Of a stretch of 64,000 nucleotides of DNA, positions 63,086 through 64,000 are shown piece after piece. The stretch comes from Bacteroidota bacterium (lineage in GTDB: Bacteria > Bacteroidota > Bacteroidia > CAILMK01 > JAAYUY01), in contig JADHTG010000012.1 in NCBI GenBank assembly GCA_016776505.1, forward strand, positions 223 through 64,222, given 5' to 3'. The translations under genes were made by a program, and so were the position numbers. The notes below the pieces were generated by a model. It saw only the letters and a list, made by a program, of their open reading frames with translations, was not told the origin of the DNA and ran no database searches. Positions within the stretch are counted from its first letter, which is position 1. Each line of letters opens with the position of its first letter.

Positions 63086-64000
63086 ATGAAATTGCCAGTT
63101 GTATTTCGAATCATTTCGATCTTATTCCTCGTTTTCATACAACAATCCTTATTAATTGCTCAGGTAGATGGGGATGAAGGCTATTTAACTGCCAGTTTAA
63201 AAATAACAGATGAGAAGAAGAATCCGATCTCATCTGTTAAAATCATTTTTACAGATCTTAATACAAACCAGGTGGAATACAAATCCACTGTAAATGGGAA
63301 AGTTAAAATTAAGCTCAGGCTGGACAGGAATTATCTTATCATAGCATCAGATCCTTTATATTACACTAAAACAGTTGAGATTAGAACTGAAATTAAGAAA
63401 TTGGGCTACAGAACCGCATTTTATTCGGACATCGATATTTCTCTCTTACTTAATTGTGAAAATGATCCTTCCCGCTCAAATATTCTGGGAGAGCCTGTGG
63501 GTCGTGTAATTTATGATAATTACAAGCAAAAATTTGTTTATGATACTCGCTATACGGAAACTAAAGCCAGCCTTTATATGGCAGAATATTACAAACGCTG
63601 TGAGGAAGTAGAGAAGGAAAAGGCACTCGCTTTAGCTGCTGAAAAACAAAAACTGGAACTTTTAAAGCAATCTGAACTTACTGAAAAACAACGATTAGAA
63701 GAAGAAAAACGAAAGCGCAAAGAAGCTGAAAAAAAGGCAAATGAAGAGGAGCAAACAAGAATTGCAGCTGAAAATGAAAAACAAAAACAATTAGAGAAAG
63801 AAGAAAAAGCCAGATTAAAAGCAGAAGAAGAGCAGCAAAAGAAATTAGCTGAAGAAGAGCGAATCCGTAAAGAAGCTGAAGAAACTGCCCGGATCAAAGC
63901 CGAGAATGATAAACGTATTCGTCAGGAAGCTGAAGAAGCTGCACGGATCAAAGCCGAGAATGATAAACGTATTCGGCAGGAAGCTGAAGAAGCGGCCCGG
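63086..64000 (+). CDS. Secreted protein with N-terminal beta-rich domain and E/K/A-rich repeat region (3' truncated by window end)
   Basis: My own translation from the ATG at 63086 is open to position 64000 (305 codons): MKLPVVFRIISILFLVFIQQSLLIAQ..., then ...EKQKLELLKQSELTEKQRLEEEKRKRKEAEKK...EAEEAARIKAENDKRIRQ. It is absent from the ORF track because no stop codon is reached. Confidence 0.75.
   Translation, partial: MKLPVVFRIISILFLVFIQQSLLIAQVDGDEGYLTASLKITDEKKNPISSVKIIFTDLNTNQVEYKSTVNGKVKIKLRLDRNYLIIASDPLYYTKTVEIRTEIKKLGYRTAFYSDIDISLLLNCENDPSRSNILGEPVGRVIYDNYKQKFVYDTRYTETKASLYMAEYYKRCEEVEKEKALALAAEKQKLELLKQSELTEKQRLEEEKRKRKEAEKKANEEEQTRIAAENEKQKQLEKEEKARLKAEEEQQKKLAEEERIRKEAEETARIKAENDKRIRQEAEEAARIKAENDKRIRQEAEEAAR
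63872..64000 (+). repeat. 54-bp in-frame tandem repeat (EAEExARIKAENDKRIRQ), at least 2.4 copies and continuing off-window
   Basis: Units at 63872..63925, 63926..63979 and 63980..64000 differ by only a few substitutions. Confidence 0.85.

Noticed and set aside
63589-63897. 102-aa Ser-rich minus-strand ORF
   Set aside because: It is the antisense shadow of the GAA/GCT-rich E/K/A repeat region of the plus-strand gene starting at 63086.
1-64000. Search for CRISPR arrays, tRNA/rRNA genes, transposases, integrases, toxin-antitoxin or classical defence genes
   Set aside because: I saw no regularly spaced direct repeats, cloverleaf-like conserved tRNA blocks, or DDE, tyrosine or serine recombinase motifs in any ORF. 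This is a by-eye negative and should be confirmed with tRNAscan, Infernal and ISfinder-type tools.

Overview
AT-rich 64 kb segment. Gene content and signals point to an anaerobic or microaerophilic member of the Bacteroidota: a T9SS C-terminal sorting domain, a GldB-like lipoprotein, TAnnTTTG-type -7 promoter boxes and rnfBCDGEA gene order. No rRNA, tRNA, CRISPR array, transposase or integrase was recognised by eye. The window is essentially a redox island with housekeeping genes at the right end. (1) 1..9047, minus strand: a c-type cytochrome and quinol-dehydrogenase cluster. It holds a heme lipoprotein, an OM beta-barrel, a heptaheme cytochrome, a cytochrome b, a TAT FeS subunit, an NrfD-type subunit, an unknown protein, two monoheme cytochromes c and two tandem hexaheme lipoproteins with a collagen-like (GXY)9 stalk. 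FNR/Dnr-type boxes lie in front of it. (2) 9287..11962: two Crp/Fnr regulators flanking mobA, plus an archaemetzincin. (3) 12061..21686: a sigma-54 activator and two tandem histidine kinases whose periplasmic domains carry heme c motifs. Next to them, behind a sigma-54-type promoter, is a four-gene unit: a PstS-like/GCV_H-like fusion, a HybA-like FeS subunit, an NrfD/HybB-like membrane subunit and a second membrane-anchored GCV_H-like protein. This unit has no catalytic subunit, and I consider it the best candidate for an undescribed system. (4) 22142..27894: rseC-rnfBCDGEA. (5) Mn-type and Fe-type SODs and an M64 peptidase. (6) 31313..52447: a hydrogenase island. It encodes an FmdE-like protein plus a His-rich metal transporter, hypFCDE, hypA, hypB, three maturation endopeptidases and two paralogous Cys-rich proteins. 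It also holds an operon with an Mvh-type [NiFe] hydrogenase (mvhAGD), two complementary HdrA paralogs and a QmoC-like FeS/membrane subunit, but no HdrBC. A recurring ATGAY-N4-ATCAT palindrome and a third Crp/Fnr gene sit in this island. (7) 52560..64000: rex, a T9SS substrate, gldB-like, nadE, an O-antigen-ligase-like gene, LysM, NfeD and pcm genes, and a truncated E/K-rich repeat protein. All functional calls come from motif recognition by eye in the supplied translations. No database search was run.
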